Source: an uncultured SAR86 cluster bacterium (lineage in GTDB: Bacteria > Pseudomonadota > Gammaproteobacteria > Magnimaribacterales > AG-339-G14). From it: a stretch of 64,000 nucleotides of DNA. The notes under the pieces are model-generated. The model was not told the DNA's origin. It was given only the letters and a program-made list of their open reading frames with translations, and made no database searches. Location: positions 13,180 to 77,179 of the forward strand of contig CABXSA010000001.1 of NCBI GenBank assembly GCA_902514765.1, in the 5' to 3' direction. This document shows, piece after piece, positions 1-9,195 of the stretch. Each line of letters starts with the position of its first letter. Position 1 is the first letter of the stretch. The position numbers and the translations under genes were made by a program.

Positions 1-273
1 TCAAGAGTTAGATCAGAAAAAGTTTTTGGAATTTTTTTTCTTTTTAACAATGCTCTCACCATGGCAAACGCAAGCTTTCACATTGGCATTTCAACAGCGC
101 AAAATATTTTTAGCCCGGGAATGGTAAGCTCCTTGTTCTTCTACATTCCGCTTTTTGTATATGCGATTTTATTCAATAGAGAAAACGGGCTTTCAAACAA
201 ACCAATTATTGCAATCAGCCTCTATGGGTTCATAGGACACTATCTGCTTATCTGGCTAGTTAATATTTTTTAA
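1..273 (+). CDS. C-terminal fragment of a membrane protein; the ORF is open to the left window edge
   Basis: The frame of the 61..273 ORF stays open back to nt 1 (SRVRSEKVFGIFFLFNNALT precedes the first Met). Hydrophobic helices are present. No family recognised. Confidence 0.35.
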   Translation, partial: SRVRSEKVFGIFFLFNNALTMANASFHIGISTAQNIFSPGMVSSLFFYIPLFVYAILFNRENGLSNKPIIAISLYGFIGHYLLIWLVNIF

Positions 274-1308
274 CTAATCTCCAGTAAAGGCAGCAATACT
301 TCTTGCCGTTTCCAAGCTAATTTCCGGACAAGAGAGCACCATGGTATCTGTCCCATGAATGGTTCCAGAAAGCACCCTGCATTGAGCTTCAACGTTTGCT
401 CTTCTGAGCAATCTATAAAAATTTATACCTTCATCTCTTAAAGGGTCACACTCGTTAACGCTTATAAAAGTTTTAGGTAAGTCCTTTACGTCTTCCTCTT
501 TAGCAAAGCCTGGCCAAGCAAGAGGATTGCGCTTTTCCCATTCTTCAATACCATAAACCACAGCGCCATGATCGTTATGTAAATCAAGCATAATGCCGTT
601 ATTTTCTGTAGAAGAGGGGTTTTCGGGTAGGGGCCAAATACCAGCTATGTAAGGACATAAAGCATAAAGACCTTTAACTTCATTTGATCTACCTGCTTGA
701 GATAATTTCATTCCTGTTGCAATAGTTAAATTTCCCCCGCCACTTTCTCCAGAAATTACGATTCTTTCTGGATCGATATTAAGATTCTTTGCTTCAGTTT
801 TAATGTAATCAAAACCTGAAACGCAGTCATTTAAGCCCGCTGGAAAAGGTGCTACTTCTGAGGCTGAAGATGGCACTCTTGCATTTCTAAAATCTACCAT
901 TATTACTGAAACATTTTGATGAGCAATCAATCTGCCGAAGGCTTGGTATAGCTTATAAAAACAAGAACCGATCTCCATGCCGCCTCCATGTATATAGTAA
1001 ACACAAGGCAAAACTTCTTGATTATCAGGTCGAATGTTTAAAAGTTTTATTTTATTACCATCTGGTTGCGATACGATTTCAATGGTTTCATTTTTAAGGC
1101 CATCTGATGAAATTGCTTCATCTAATCTAGGATCATTGAAAACAGCCTCATACATCATAAGTTCCATTTGCCCCTCTTCTGTATTTGCCTTGGCAAGCAT
1201 TTCTTCTCTGGAAGAGCTTTCAACCAATACCTCTGGAAAGTTTATATCTTTAAATTGTTCTTTGATTCTTGGATCTATTCTTGGATCTTCAGTTATTTTA
1301 TTAGTCAT
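274..1308 (-). CDS. alpha/beta-hydrolase esterase/lipase, hormone-sensitive-lipase (family IV) type
   Basis: HGGG oxyanion motif (YYIHGGGM), GxSxG nucleophile elbow (GESGGG), DPLRDEG and C-terminal GTIHGT. GGAG-type SD upstream. Confidence 0.8.
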   Translation of the reverse strand: MTNKITEDPRIDPRIKEQFKDINFPEVLVESSSREEMLAKANTEEGQMELMMYEAVFNDPRLDEAISSDGLKNETIEIVSQPDGNKIKLLNIRPDNQEVLPCVYYIHGGGMEIGSCFYKLYQAFGRLIAHQNVSVIMVDFRNARVPSSASEVAPFPAGLNDCVSGFDYIKTEAKNLNIDPERIVISGESGGGNLTIATGMKLSQAGRSNEVKGLYALCPYIAGIWPLPENPSSTENNGIMLDLHNDHGAVVYGIEEWEKRNPLAWPGFAKEEDVKDLPKTFISVNECDPLRDEGINFYRLLRRANVEAQCRVLSGTIHGTDTMVLSCPEISLETARSIAAFTGD

Positions 1309-1394
1309 TTTTTCTCCAAAATTGAATTTATAATATCTTTACAATAGAAATATAATAAAAATTTAACACTTTTTTAGAAGCAGGAGGTCTAAAA

Positions 1395-2414
1395 ATGTCA
1401 TATAAAAAACCAAAACTCGATAGCAAGCATTATCAAGATCTTTATAATGCTTTGCCTTCTTTAGAAGGCAAGACAATTGGAATAACAGGAACTACTTCTG
1501 GTACCGGTTTTGTAGCTGCAAGTACATGTGGGAAGCTAGGCGCGAATGTTATTTTGCTTAATAGATCTTCCGAAAGATCTAAAAAAGCTTATGCGGAACT
1601 AATTCAAGAAACTCCAAATGCGAATTTCATTCAAATTGAATGTGACTTGCAAAGTTTTGACTCAGTAAGAAAAGCAGCCGAGGAAATAACTGAGGTTTGT
1701 TCTGATGGATTGGATGTAATTTGTAATAATGCCGGAGTTATGGCTCTAGAAGACCTTCCCACAGAAGATGGATTTGATGTCCAAATACAAACTAATCATC
1801 TTTCGCATTTTCTTTTAGTTAAGTTAGTTTTTCCTCTATTAAAAAAAGCTGCGAGTCTTAGAGAAGAAGCAAGAATCGTAAATCATTCTAGTATTGCGAG
1901 AAAACAACCTAAAAAAGTCTTGGAATCTAAGTATCTTGAAAAAAATGGCGGAAACTTAGGTGGAAATGGTTCAAGTATCTTTTTTGGCGGAGCTAGGTGG
2001 CTCAGATATAATCAATCTAAGCTTGCAAATGCAGCTTTTACTGCCTGTCTTCATGAGAAATTACAAGCTGTAGATTCAAAAATTAAAGCTATGGTTGCTC
2101 ATCCTGGATTAGCTGAAACAGACCTTCAAAGCACAACGGTAAAAGATGGAGGCATGGGCAGATGGATCACTGAGCAAATGATGAAGGCAGGACAATCCAG
2201 AGAAGATGGAGCTCTGGGAATTCTTAGATGCATCGCAGATCCTGAAATTATGTCAGGACAATTTGTTGGTCCTGGAATGGGAGGAATGTTTACTGCTATG
2301 AAAGGAAGAGCAGAAAGCTTTCCTTTAGAAGAATTTTACGACAATAGATTTACTAAAGATTTACTTTGGAAGAAAAGTTGTGAGGCAATTAAAGAAGACT
2401 TTGAAATATCATGA
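1395..2414 (+). CDS. short-chain dehydrogenase/reductase (SDR)
   Basis: TGxxxGxG (GITGTTSGTGF), NNAG and YxxxK (YNQSKLA). AGGAGG SD at about 1381. Confidence 0.8.
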   Translation: MSYKKPKLDSKHYQDLYNALPSLEGKTIGITGTTSGTGFVAASTCGKLGANVILLNRSSERSKKAYAELIQETPNANFIQIECDLQSFDSVRKAAEEITEVCSDGLDVICNNAGVMALEDLPTEDGFDVQIQTNHLSHFLLVKLVFPLLKKAASLREEARIVNHSSIARKQPKKVLESKYLEKNGGNLGGNGSSIFFGGARWLRYNQSKLANAAFTACLHEKLQAVDSKIKAMVAHPGLAETDLQSTTVKDGGMGRWITEQMMKAGQSREDGALGILRCIADPEIMSGQFVGPGMGGMFTAMKGRAESFPLEEFYDNRFTKDLLWKKSCEAIKEDFEIS

Positions 2415-3571
2415 AAGTTTTGGTTTTAGGAGGTAGCGGTGGCATGGGAAGATTTGCTTCCTCGGCAGTCAGTTCTATAGATGGAATTGATTCTATAACT
2501 ATCGCTGATATAAACGAAACTGCTGCTTCTGATTATGCTAAATCCTTTAACGATGACAGGATTACTGGGATAGGTCTAAATGTTTTAGACAAAGATTCTC
2601 TTAGAAAAGTTACAGCTTCCACAGACGTAGTTCTTAATCTCACAGGACCATTTTTTAAGCTTGCTTACTCAATCTTAGAGATTGCGTTGGAGCAAAATTG
2701 TCATTATTTAGATATATGTGATGATTGGGAGCCAACTGAAAAAATGTTTTCCCTAAATAAATTAGCTGAGGAAAAAAACAAGATTGCTATTTTGGGATTA
2801 GGAGCCAGTCCAGGCATAACTAATATGCTTGCTTTAAAAGCTATGAACGAGTTGGATAAAGTTTCAAATGTTTATACAGGCTGGGATGTCTCTGGGGCAA
2901 AGCCAGAAGAAGAAAGTTCTCAAACGGGAGCCAATGCTGCAATGGAGCATGGTATTGAGCAGATGATAGGACAAGTTAAAGTTTATATGAATAAAAAATT
3001 TAAAATGGTAAGGCCCTTAACAAGAGTAAATGTTCAATATCCTCAGTTAGGTAAATTTAAAGCAAGTATTTTCGGTCATCCTGAAGCAATAACTTTCCCC
3101 CATCACTATCCAGACATTTCAACAAGCTTGAATTTAATGCATGGTAACGAATTAGTTAATGTTTTTGTCTTCAAAATGATTAGATTCCTCATTGAAATAA
3201 AGCTGCTCTCAAAGAGTCAAGCAGCAAATATATTGGAACAACTTGAAAGAAATAAGGTGAATAAGCCCAAGGATATTTTAAATTCCCTGCCTGAAGTTTA
3301 TGGAATGGCTCAGGGTTTGAAAAACGAAACTGAAACTATTGTTGCTGTTACGCTAGATGGTTTCGAAGAAAATATGTCTATGGGCGCAGCAACTGGCTAT
3401 CCATTGGCGTGCGGATTGAAAATGTTACTTGAGAAAAAGATTGCTAAATTTGGAGTATTAGCTCCTGAAGCATGTGGGCTAGATCCCGATAACTTCTTTG
3501 ATGAATTAAGTGGTTTTCTGGGAGATGATGCTCAAATTAAGACAATAGTAACTCAAGAAGCAATCAACTAG
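2411..3571 (+). CDS. saccharopine-dehydrogenase-like NAD(P)-binding protein
   Basis: N-terminal Rossmann motif MKVLVLGGSGGMGR. ATGA overlap with the upstream SDR. The length and layout resemble the saccharopine dehydrogenase family; the family call is from memory. Confidence 0.55.
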   Translation: MKVLVLGGSGGMGRFASSAVSSIDGIDSITIADINETAASDYAKSFNDDRITGIGLNVLDKDSLRKVTASTDVVLNLTGPFFKLAYSILEIALEQNCHYLDICDDWEPTEKMFSLNKLAEEKNKIAILGLGASPGITNMLALKAMNELDKVSNVYTGWDVSGAKPEEESSQTGANAAMEHGIEQMIGQVKVYMNKKFKMVRPLTRVNVQYPQLGKFKASIFGHPEAITFPHHYPDISTSLNLMHGNELVNVFVFKMIRFLIEIKLLSKSQAANILEQLERNKVNKPKDILNSLPEVYGMAQGLKNETETIVAVTLDGFEENMSMGAATGYPLACGLKMLLEKKIAKFGVLAPEACGLDPDNFFDELSGFLGDDAQIKTIVTQEAIN

Positions 3572-3575
3572 ATTT

Positions 3576-4013
3576 TTACAACCAGCGTCTTACCTTTCCT
3601 TTATAAGTTAAATAATCTTCTCCGAAAGTCTCTTCCATCTGCACCTCTTCTTTAAGAACAAACATATTCCTAACGATAAAGAAAAAGATAACTAGGAAAA
3701 TAACATTTAAAGGATTATTCAAAATCAACATCAAACCCAGTAAAAAAGAATTCATCCCTACATACATGGGATTCCTTGTGTATTTATAAAAACCCTCTTT
3801 AATTAAAGTAGTAGACTCACTAAAAGGTACAACACCGGTCTTCGCTCTTATAAATCTTGCAATTGAATTGAAAGCCAATAAAAAACCGAGTCCAATTAAG
3901 CCAAGTCCAATAATAATAAGAGGCAAAGTTTGAGGTGAAGATTCTCTAAAGAACCAAGTGACGAGCATGCATAAAGAAAGAACCAATAAATAGTGTGGTG
4001 GGTAAAATTTCAT
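3576..4013 (-). CDS. membrane methyltransferase of the isoprenylcysteine carboxyl / phospholipid methyltransferase family
   Basis: Multi-TM protein with the YTRNPMYVG motif typical of ICMT/PEMT-like enzymes. Confidence 0.6.
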   Translation of the reverse strand: MKFYPPHYLLVLSLCMLVTWFFRESSPQTLPLIIIGLGLIGLGFLLAFNSIARFIRAKTGVVPFSESTTLIKEGFYKYTRNPMYVGMNSFLLGLMLILNNPLNVIFLVIFFFIVRNMFVLKEEVQMEETFGEDYLTYKGKVRRWL

Positions 4014-4094
4014 AATTACATTGTAATATTATTAGAATTTAAATCACTATCCTCTTTCATAAACTAATTTATTTTGAGTTAATAATCGCCACTT

Positions 4095-4211
4095 ATGGAA
4101 AATCCTACATTCTTGGCCAACGTATTCTTCTTTACGTTCTCATTTGTGTGGTTTATCTTTGTAGCCGTCGGAAGTCATATGTTCCGAAGGTATTACAAAG
4201 ATAAAAAATGA
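4095..4211 (+). CDS. candidate 38-aa single-TM small protein, stop overlapping the glk start (ATGA)
   Basis: ATG ORF MENPTFLANVFFFTFSFVWFIFVAVGSHMFRRYYKDKK. Its TGA overlaps the glk ATG at 4208. No clear SD. Too short for the ORF track. Confidence 0.25.
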   Translation: MENPTFLANVFFFTFSFVWFIFVAVGSHMFRRYYKDKK

Positions 4212-5119
4212 AAAACGCACTTCTAATTGATCTTGGTGGAACAAATATTAGATATGCATCTTTCATAGAAAATACCTTATCCAGAATATCAAAAGAAAAA
4301 ATTTCTGATAAAGATTTCATTGCTTTTCTTACAAAATTATTAGAAAAAGAAAAGAATGAAATTGATTATTTAGTTATCGCTGCAGCTGGTCCTAATAATC
4401 AGGATTCTATAAATCTCACGAATAGAGATTTGTTAATTGATGCCAACGAAATAAAAACTAAGCTTAACGTAAAAGACTGCTTACTCTTAAATGATTGGGA
4501 AGCTGTAGCTCAGTCTTTGAGTGAAATAAATAAGGAATGTTTTTTGCCCATTAAAAGAGGAGCTGCCTCTAACGAGAATATTTTGTTAATAGGTCCAGGA
4601 ACTGGTCTGGGAGTGACACTAATTATTAACGGTCGAATTATTCCTACTGAATATGGAAATATTTTAAGTTCGACAAAAGTCATGTTAAAAAATTTTGGTA
4701 TAGAAAATAGAAGTGAATTTAACTCTCTCGAAAATATTTTGAGCGGACCTGGAATTCAAAGACTCTACGAAGCAAAATTTAATCAAAAAATTACTTCTGA
4801 AGAAATAATAAGCTTTGCTTTGAAAGGTAAGGATGAAGAGCTTTTTATAATAGATAATTTTCTTAAGACTCTTATCTCAATTATCAATGATTTGGTTTTA
4901 TCATTTTCATGTGAAAGAGTAATTTTTGGAGGATCAATTTTGAATTCACTTAAGCCAATTTTGTTAGCCGACAAAACTCTCAAGAATTTTATCTCTGAAA
5001 TGAATCCGAAATATTCACGCTTGATAGAAAAGGTGCAGGTCGACCTGCTTACCGAGATCGAGCCAGGAATTTTAGGTTGTTTAGCTTATTTAAAAACCCA
5101 AATACATCCTAACTCTTAG
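4208..5119 (+). CDS. glk: glucokinase
   Basis: LLIDLGGTNIRYA phosphate-1 motif and GPGTGLGV. The size is close to bacterial Glk. Confidence 0.7.
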   Translation: MKNALLIDLGGTNIRYASFIENTLSRISKEKISDKDFIAFLTKLLEKEKNEIDYLVIAAAGPNNQDSINLTNRDLLIDANEIKTKLNVKDCLLLNDWEAVAQSLSEINKECFLPIKRGAASNENILLIGPGTGLGVTLIINGRIIPTEYGNILSSTKVMLKNFGIENRSEFNSLENILSGPGIQRLYEAKFNQKITSEEIISFALKGKDEELFIIDNFLKTLISIINDLVLSFSCERVIFGGSILNSLKPILLADKTLKNFISEMNPKYSRLIEKVQVDLLTEIEPGILGCLAYLKTQIHPNS

Positions 5120-5909
5120 GAACTTCTGCTGAAATATAGTACCTGGGCTCTTGGCAATTTGAGATCATATTCCAATTATTTTCAACTTCAGGATTAAGCT
5201 TTTGCCACTCAGCATCAAAAGCCAGCCTTGCCTCTTCAGATTGATAAAAATTTCCCCAAAAGAAGTCTACTTCTTCCGATTCGTAGTCGGGACCTAAAAT
5301 GACGTAACTAAAAGGCCCAGGAAGGGAATTAGTGTTTTCTAAAAACATCTCTAGTTGGTCGATTACTTCCCTTAAATCAGCTCCTTTTTTTCCCTCCTTA
5401 TACAGGCATTGATAATATTCAGAAACAAAACTGCTAGATTCAAACTCGCCTAGAGTATCGTTTGCCCTTGCAATGTAAGCATCAAAAGAAAATTTCTTAT
5501 CTCCATCACACGAAAGGATATCTGCCGTGTTTTCTGACCAAGCTGTAACATTTTCATTTGAATTCCAGTTTTCCCATGCAGCTTCTGCATCAGCCTTTGT
5601 ATTCCAAATCAATTGCCAAAAGCCGTCTTGTTCATCATCGGGTAATCTTTCAACATGTTGAATTCCATAAGCAGAAACCAATGGTGAATTAACTTCTACC
5701 AGCAAGTCCTGCCACTGAGGCAAAACGTTATTTCTAAAATTTTCAGCTGTATAGTAAACCCCCTCCTGACAAGGAACATATTCCATATAGAACATTTGAG
5801 GATATGCGTCAGAACCAAGATTAGAAAATGAAACTTCAATTTCATCTCCACTTGAACTGCAAGCAAGCATTGTTAAAAGAAGAGAAAAAGTTAAAACTAA
5901 ATTTTTCAT
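5109..5909 (-). CDS. lipoprotein of unknown function with two internally duplicated ~100-aa halves
   Basis: Lipobox LLTMLAC. Halves: EYVPC...FWQLIWNTKADAEAAWENW...ILSC versus EYYQC...FFWGNFYQSEEARLAFDAEW...ISNC. Lies 3 nt downstream of 5913..6662. Confidence 0.6.
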   Translation of the reverse strand: MKNLVLTFSLLLTMLACSSSGDEIEVSFSNLGSDAYPQMFYMEYVPCQEGVYYTAENFRNNVLPQWQDLLVEVNSPLVSAYGIQHVERLPDDEQDGFWQLIWNTKADAEAAWENWNSNENVTAWSENTADILSCDGDKKFSFDAYIARANDTLGEFESSSFVSEYYQCLYKEGKKGADLREVIDQLEMFLENTNSLPGPFSYVILGPDYESEEVDFFWGNFYQSEEARLAFDAEWQKLNPEVENNWNMISNCQEPRYYISAEVPKS

Positions 5910-5912
5910 ATT

Positions 5913-6662
5913 TTATTCAACAAAATCCTGAAGAGTTAGAGCTGAATCATAGACCCTGATATTTCTAACTATTTCTCTTTCATGCCACTCGGCTAATTTA
6001 TCCATTTTTTTATCAAAAGGGGAAACTCCTTGGTCTCTTGAGGCTGAGTCTTCCCAAGCTTCCATTTCAGCTAAAGATTCATAACCTACTGTAAAGAGAT
6101 GAGTTTGCATACCGCCTCCAGCCGTTCTCTCGGATAATCCAAATTGTCCTGGAAATGAATCTTGAATATCTTCATTCAGTTCTTCTGTAGCCTCTAAGAT
6201 GTCCTGCACATTTGATGGTTTTGTTCTGAACGGATAAACAGCCCAAACTGTATCTTTGTTAGAAGGTGTTCCATACGTTTTAATAAATGTATTTATACGA
6301 CTTCCTTTGCTTTTTGAATTTGCATTCAAAACAGAAAAATACATAGAAACCTCTTGATTATTTGGATCGCTAAGTTTTGCCATCCAAATTTCATGTTCTG
6401 CAAGACTAGGTTGCAGCACAGCAAATGAGTGAGTCTCCTCAACTTTGCCACTCGCAATATATGCATTTAAATGCAAAGAACCTTTGAAATTATTTTTCAC
6501 AAAATCTGATGACATAAATTTATCTGTTGCAGCTACAATCTTTGCAGCATCTTGAGGACTATCTACTTTAATTAAATATTCTATCCAAGTAGGCGATGCA
6601 AAACTTAAAGAAGAAGCAAGAAACATCGATATAAAAAAAATTTTTTTCATTTTTCTCTCCAT
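5913..6662 (-). CDS. secreted protein of unknown function with two internally duplicated halves
   Basis: Signal peptide MKKIFFISMFLASSLSFA. Repeat THSFAVLQPSLAEHEIWMAKL versus THLFTVGYESLAEMEAWEDSA. GGAGA SD. Confidence 0.6.
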   Translation of the reverse strand: MERKMKKIFFISMFLASSLSFASPTWIEYLIKVDSPQDAAKIVAATDKFMSSDFVKNNFKGSLHLNAYIASGKVEETHSFAVLQPSLAEHEIWMAKLSDPNNQEVSMYFSVLNANSKSKGSRINTFIKTYGTPSNKDTVWAVYPFRTKPSNVQDILEATEELNEDIQDSFPGQFGLSERTAGGGMQTHLFTVGYESLAEMEAWEDSASRDQGVSPFDKKMDKLAEWHEREIVRNIRVYDSALTLQDFVE

Positions 6663-6702
6663 AAAATTTCTTCCATTACTATAACAAAGTTATAATATTT
6701 GA

Positions 6703-7218
6703 GTGATAGCTAGGTTAATTGTTTTAGTTCTACTCACATCATGTGCGTCAGGCTTTGTTGTCAAAGTAGACACAGATGATTCTTTTTCTGCTGCAAAATA
6801 TAAAGATTTTCAAATTTTTATGCCTGATCCTTTCAGAGTTGAATCTGATGAAGAAGAAAATCCTATTAGAATAAATAGAATTGCAAAAGCCTTAGCTTCT
6901 TCTCTAGTTCAACTTGGATTGGACCAGAATGATAAATCCCCTTTGAAGATAAGCTTTTCTGTAAAAGAAAAGGAAAGATACAAACAAATAAATTCTTCTC
7001 ATTTTTTCTATGGATTTCGCAATGATCCTTTTTCTTATAGATTTTATGCAAATGATTTCCCGCCGATAAACTATTTGTCTGTGAAATTTTTTGATCAAGA
7101 TTTAAATAGAGTTGTTTGGTATGCAAATATGAGGATTAACTCAACTTCTCTTGATGATCAAAACTTGGCTAATGAAATTATTGCTCAAATGCTTTCGAAA
7201 TATCCTGGGAGTTCATAA
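6703..7218 (+). CDS. lipoprotein, DUF4136-like
   Basis: GTG start. Lipobox LLTSCASG followed by a V.VDTDDSF...YKDF pattern that I associate with DUF4136. The family call is from memory. Confidence 0.5.
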   Translation: MIARLIVLVLLTSCASGFVVKVDTDDSFSAAKYKDFQIFMPDPFRVESDEEENPIRINRIAKALASSLVQLGLDQNDKSPLKISFSVKEKERYKQINSSHFFYGFRNDPFSYRFYANDFPPINYLSVKFFDQDLNRVVWYANMRINSTSLDDQNLANEIIAQMLSKYPGSS

Positions 7219-7229
7219 TTGCCCTCCTA

Positions 7230-7248
7230 TAGTGCATTTATTGCACTA
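7230..7248. promoter_or_regulatory. 19-bp palindrome TAGTGCA-TTTAT-TGCACTA upstream of amtB
   Basis: Perfect 7-bp arms. Lies 68 nt upstream of the amtB ATG and 12 nt after the stop of the preceding gene. No T-run follows. Confidence 0.3.
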
Positions 7249-7315
7249 ATTTAGACTTATAGAACAAAATTCTTTTTGCTAAAGTTTATTTTCTACATAT
7301 TAAGGGGAATATTTT

Positions 7316-8527
7316 ATGGATACTGGTAACACCGCCTGGATTTTAACGTCCACAGCTTTAGTTTTATTTATGACTTTACCTGGATTGGCACTTTTTTATG
7401 CCGGCCTTGTAAGAGCAAGTAACATTCTTTCTGTTTTAATGCACTGTTTTACCATTGCGTGCATTAGCTCAATTGCTTGGTTAGTAATTGCTTACAGTAT
7501 TGCTTTCAGTGGGAATGGTGCATATGTTGGAGATTTAGGTAATCTCTTTTTAGCCAATCTTTCAAGAGATAGCATGTCTGGTGATATTCCTGAAAGTGTA
7601 TTTTTTATGTTCCAGATGACGTTTGCAATCATCACTCCCGCCTTAATAGTTGGAGCGTATCCTGAAAGAATCAAATTTAGTTTTGTAGCTGTCTTTTCAT
7701 TATTGTGGGTAATTTTAATTTATGCGCCAGTCGTACATTGGATTTGGGCAGAAGGTGGCTGGCTTTACGAAATGGGAGTTAGAGATTTTGCCGGTGGATT
7801 GGTAGTGCATCTTACTGCTGGAATAACTGCCTTAGTGATAGCCTTCTTTTTAGGTCCCAGGGATGGCTTTCCAAACTCTGTACAGCCTCCTCATAATCCT
7901 GGGCTTACAATGATGGGTGCTTGTATGCTATGGGTAGGTTGGTTTGGCTTCAACGGCGGAAGCGCATTAGCTGCAAATAGTGATGCCGGTATGGCAATTC
8001 TTGTTACTCACATTTCTGCTGCTACAGCGACTATTGTCTGGATCATCATTGAAAAGGTTAAATTCGGTAAATCTTCTTTGGTTGGAGCAGTTACAGGTTG
8101 TATTGCTGGTTTAGCTTCCATTACTCCAGCCAGTGGTTCAGTAGGTCCAATGGGTGGGTTGATTATTGGTTTGATTTCCGGAGGAGTTTGTTACTACATG
8201 GTCAATATCGTTAAAGAAACCTTTAATATTGATGATTCTTTAGATGTATTCGCTGTTCATGGTATTGGCGGACTGTTAGGAATTTTACTAATTCCATTTT
8301 TGACAGCGGAGAGCTATGGTGGCATTGGATACGACGAAGGATCAAGTTTCAGTGATCTCATGACAACACAGGCAATTGGAGCAGTAAGCGTCGGTTTATT
8401 TACCTTGGTTGGTTCAGTAATTTTATTACTCATTACTAGATCTATATTTGGACTGAGAGTTTCTGATGATTCTCAAGAGGAAGGTTTGGATGTTGCTGAG
8501 CATGGTCAATCAGGATACAAACTATAG
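7316..8527 (+). CDS. amtB: ammonium transporter
   Basis: About 11 TM helices. Signatures: WFGFNGGS and DVFAVHGIGG. Confidence 0.9.
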   Translation: MDTGNTAWILTSTALVLFMTLPGLALFYAGLVRASNILSVLMHCFTIACISSIAWLVIAYSIAFSGNGAYVGDLGNLFLANLSRDSMSGDIPESVFFMFQMTFAIITPALIVGAYPERIKFSFVAVFSLLWVILIYAPVVHWIWAEGGWLYEMGVRDFAGGLVVHLTAGITALVIAFFLGPRDGFPNSVQPPHNPGLTMMGACMLWVGWFGFNGGSALAANSDAGMAILVTHISAATATIVWIIIEKVKFGKSSLVGAVTGCIAGLASITPASGSVGPMGGLIIGLISGGVCYYMVNIVKETFNIDDSLDVFAVHGIGGLLGILLIPFLTAESYGGIGYDEGSSFSDLMTTQAIGAVSVGLFTLVGSVILLLITRSIFGLRVSDDSQEEGLDVAEHGQSGYKL

Positions 8528-8543
8528 ACGTATATAATCTGGG

Positions 8544-8768
8544 ATGAGCTCTGGGATATTTATTCTAGGTGGAATAACCTTCTTAACAGCTTTTGTGCTT
8601 TTTAAAATCAGTGCTTTTATATTTTTATTACAAGATATCAAAGAAGGAAAAGAAAGGTCTTGGCTGAAGCTTTTTCAAGTGTTTGTTGTCGATCTAATAA
8701 TTCTAATCTCTGGTGTTATTGGAACGGGTATACTTTTCATGACTCTGTTAAAAATGGCTCATGGATAA
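8544..8768 (+). CDS. small 2-TM membrane protein, unknown function
   Basis: ORF with two hydrophobic helices directly after amtB. Confidence 0.4.
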   Translation: MSSGIFILGGITFLTAFVLFKISAFIFLLQDIKEGKERSWLKLFQVFVVDLIILISGVIGTGILFMTLLKMAHG

Positions 8769-9185
8769 ATGCAAACTAAAATTGCCCTTGGTTATTTAGG
8801 CTTTCTTCCTTTTGCAATTCTCACAATCCTGCCCTGGATTTTTGGAGAAACGTACGAAGAGATTTCTTTTCAACTGTTAGTTGTATATGGAGGGATTATA
8901 ATTTCTTTTTTATCAGGAATCATATGGGGAATTAATTCAACAAATCAAAAGAATCTAGTTTTAGCAATTATATTTTCTCTTTTAGGATTTGGAGCTATTT
9001 TATTGGCTTGGATAAATCTCATTTATGCAATGATATTATTATTTTTCTTATTTTCTCTTTTCTATCTCTTAGAGTCCAAAATTAATCCTCAATTTTCTAA
9101 TCCAGACTACTTAAAACTCAGAAAAAACCTCACTTCTGGAGTCTGTGGCTGTTATATGTTTTCAATTGTTATTCTGATTTATTAA
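8769..9185 (+). CDS. membrane protein, DUF3429-like
   Basis: Four TM helices. The N-terminal LGYLGFLPF motif recalls DUF3429. Abuts the previous ORF (TAA ATG). Confidence 0.45.
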   Translation: MQTKIALGYLGFLPFAILTILPWIFGETYEEISFQLLVVYGGIIISFLSGIIWGINSTNQKNLVLAIIFSLLGFGAILLAWINLIYAMILLFFLFSLFYLLESKINPQFSNPDYLKLRKNLTSGVCGCYMFSIVILIY

Positions 9186-9195
9186 ACTTAAAAAT

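Noticed and set aside
4891-4906. parS-like ATTTTCATGTGAAAGA in glk, and a 13/16 match near 34734 in coxC.
   Set aside because: Only 12-13/16 matches, with the central CACGTG core broken. Well below the quality of the recF site.
6680-6694. TATAAC-AAA-GTTATA palindrome in the divergent spacer at 6663-6702.
   Set aside because: Short and pure AT-rich, and it overlaps a TATAAT -10-like hexamer. Expected by chance in this composition.
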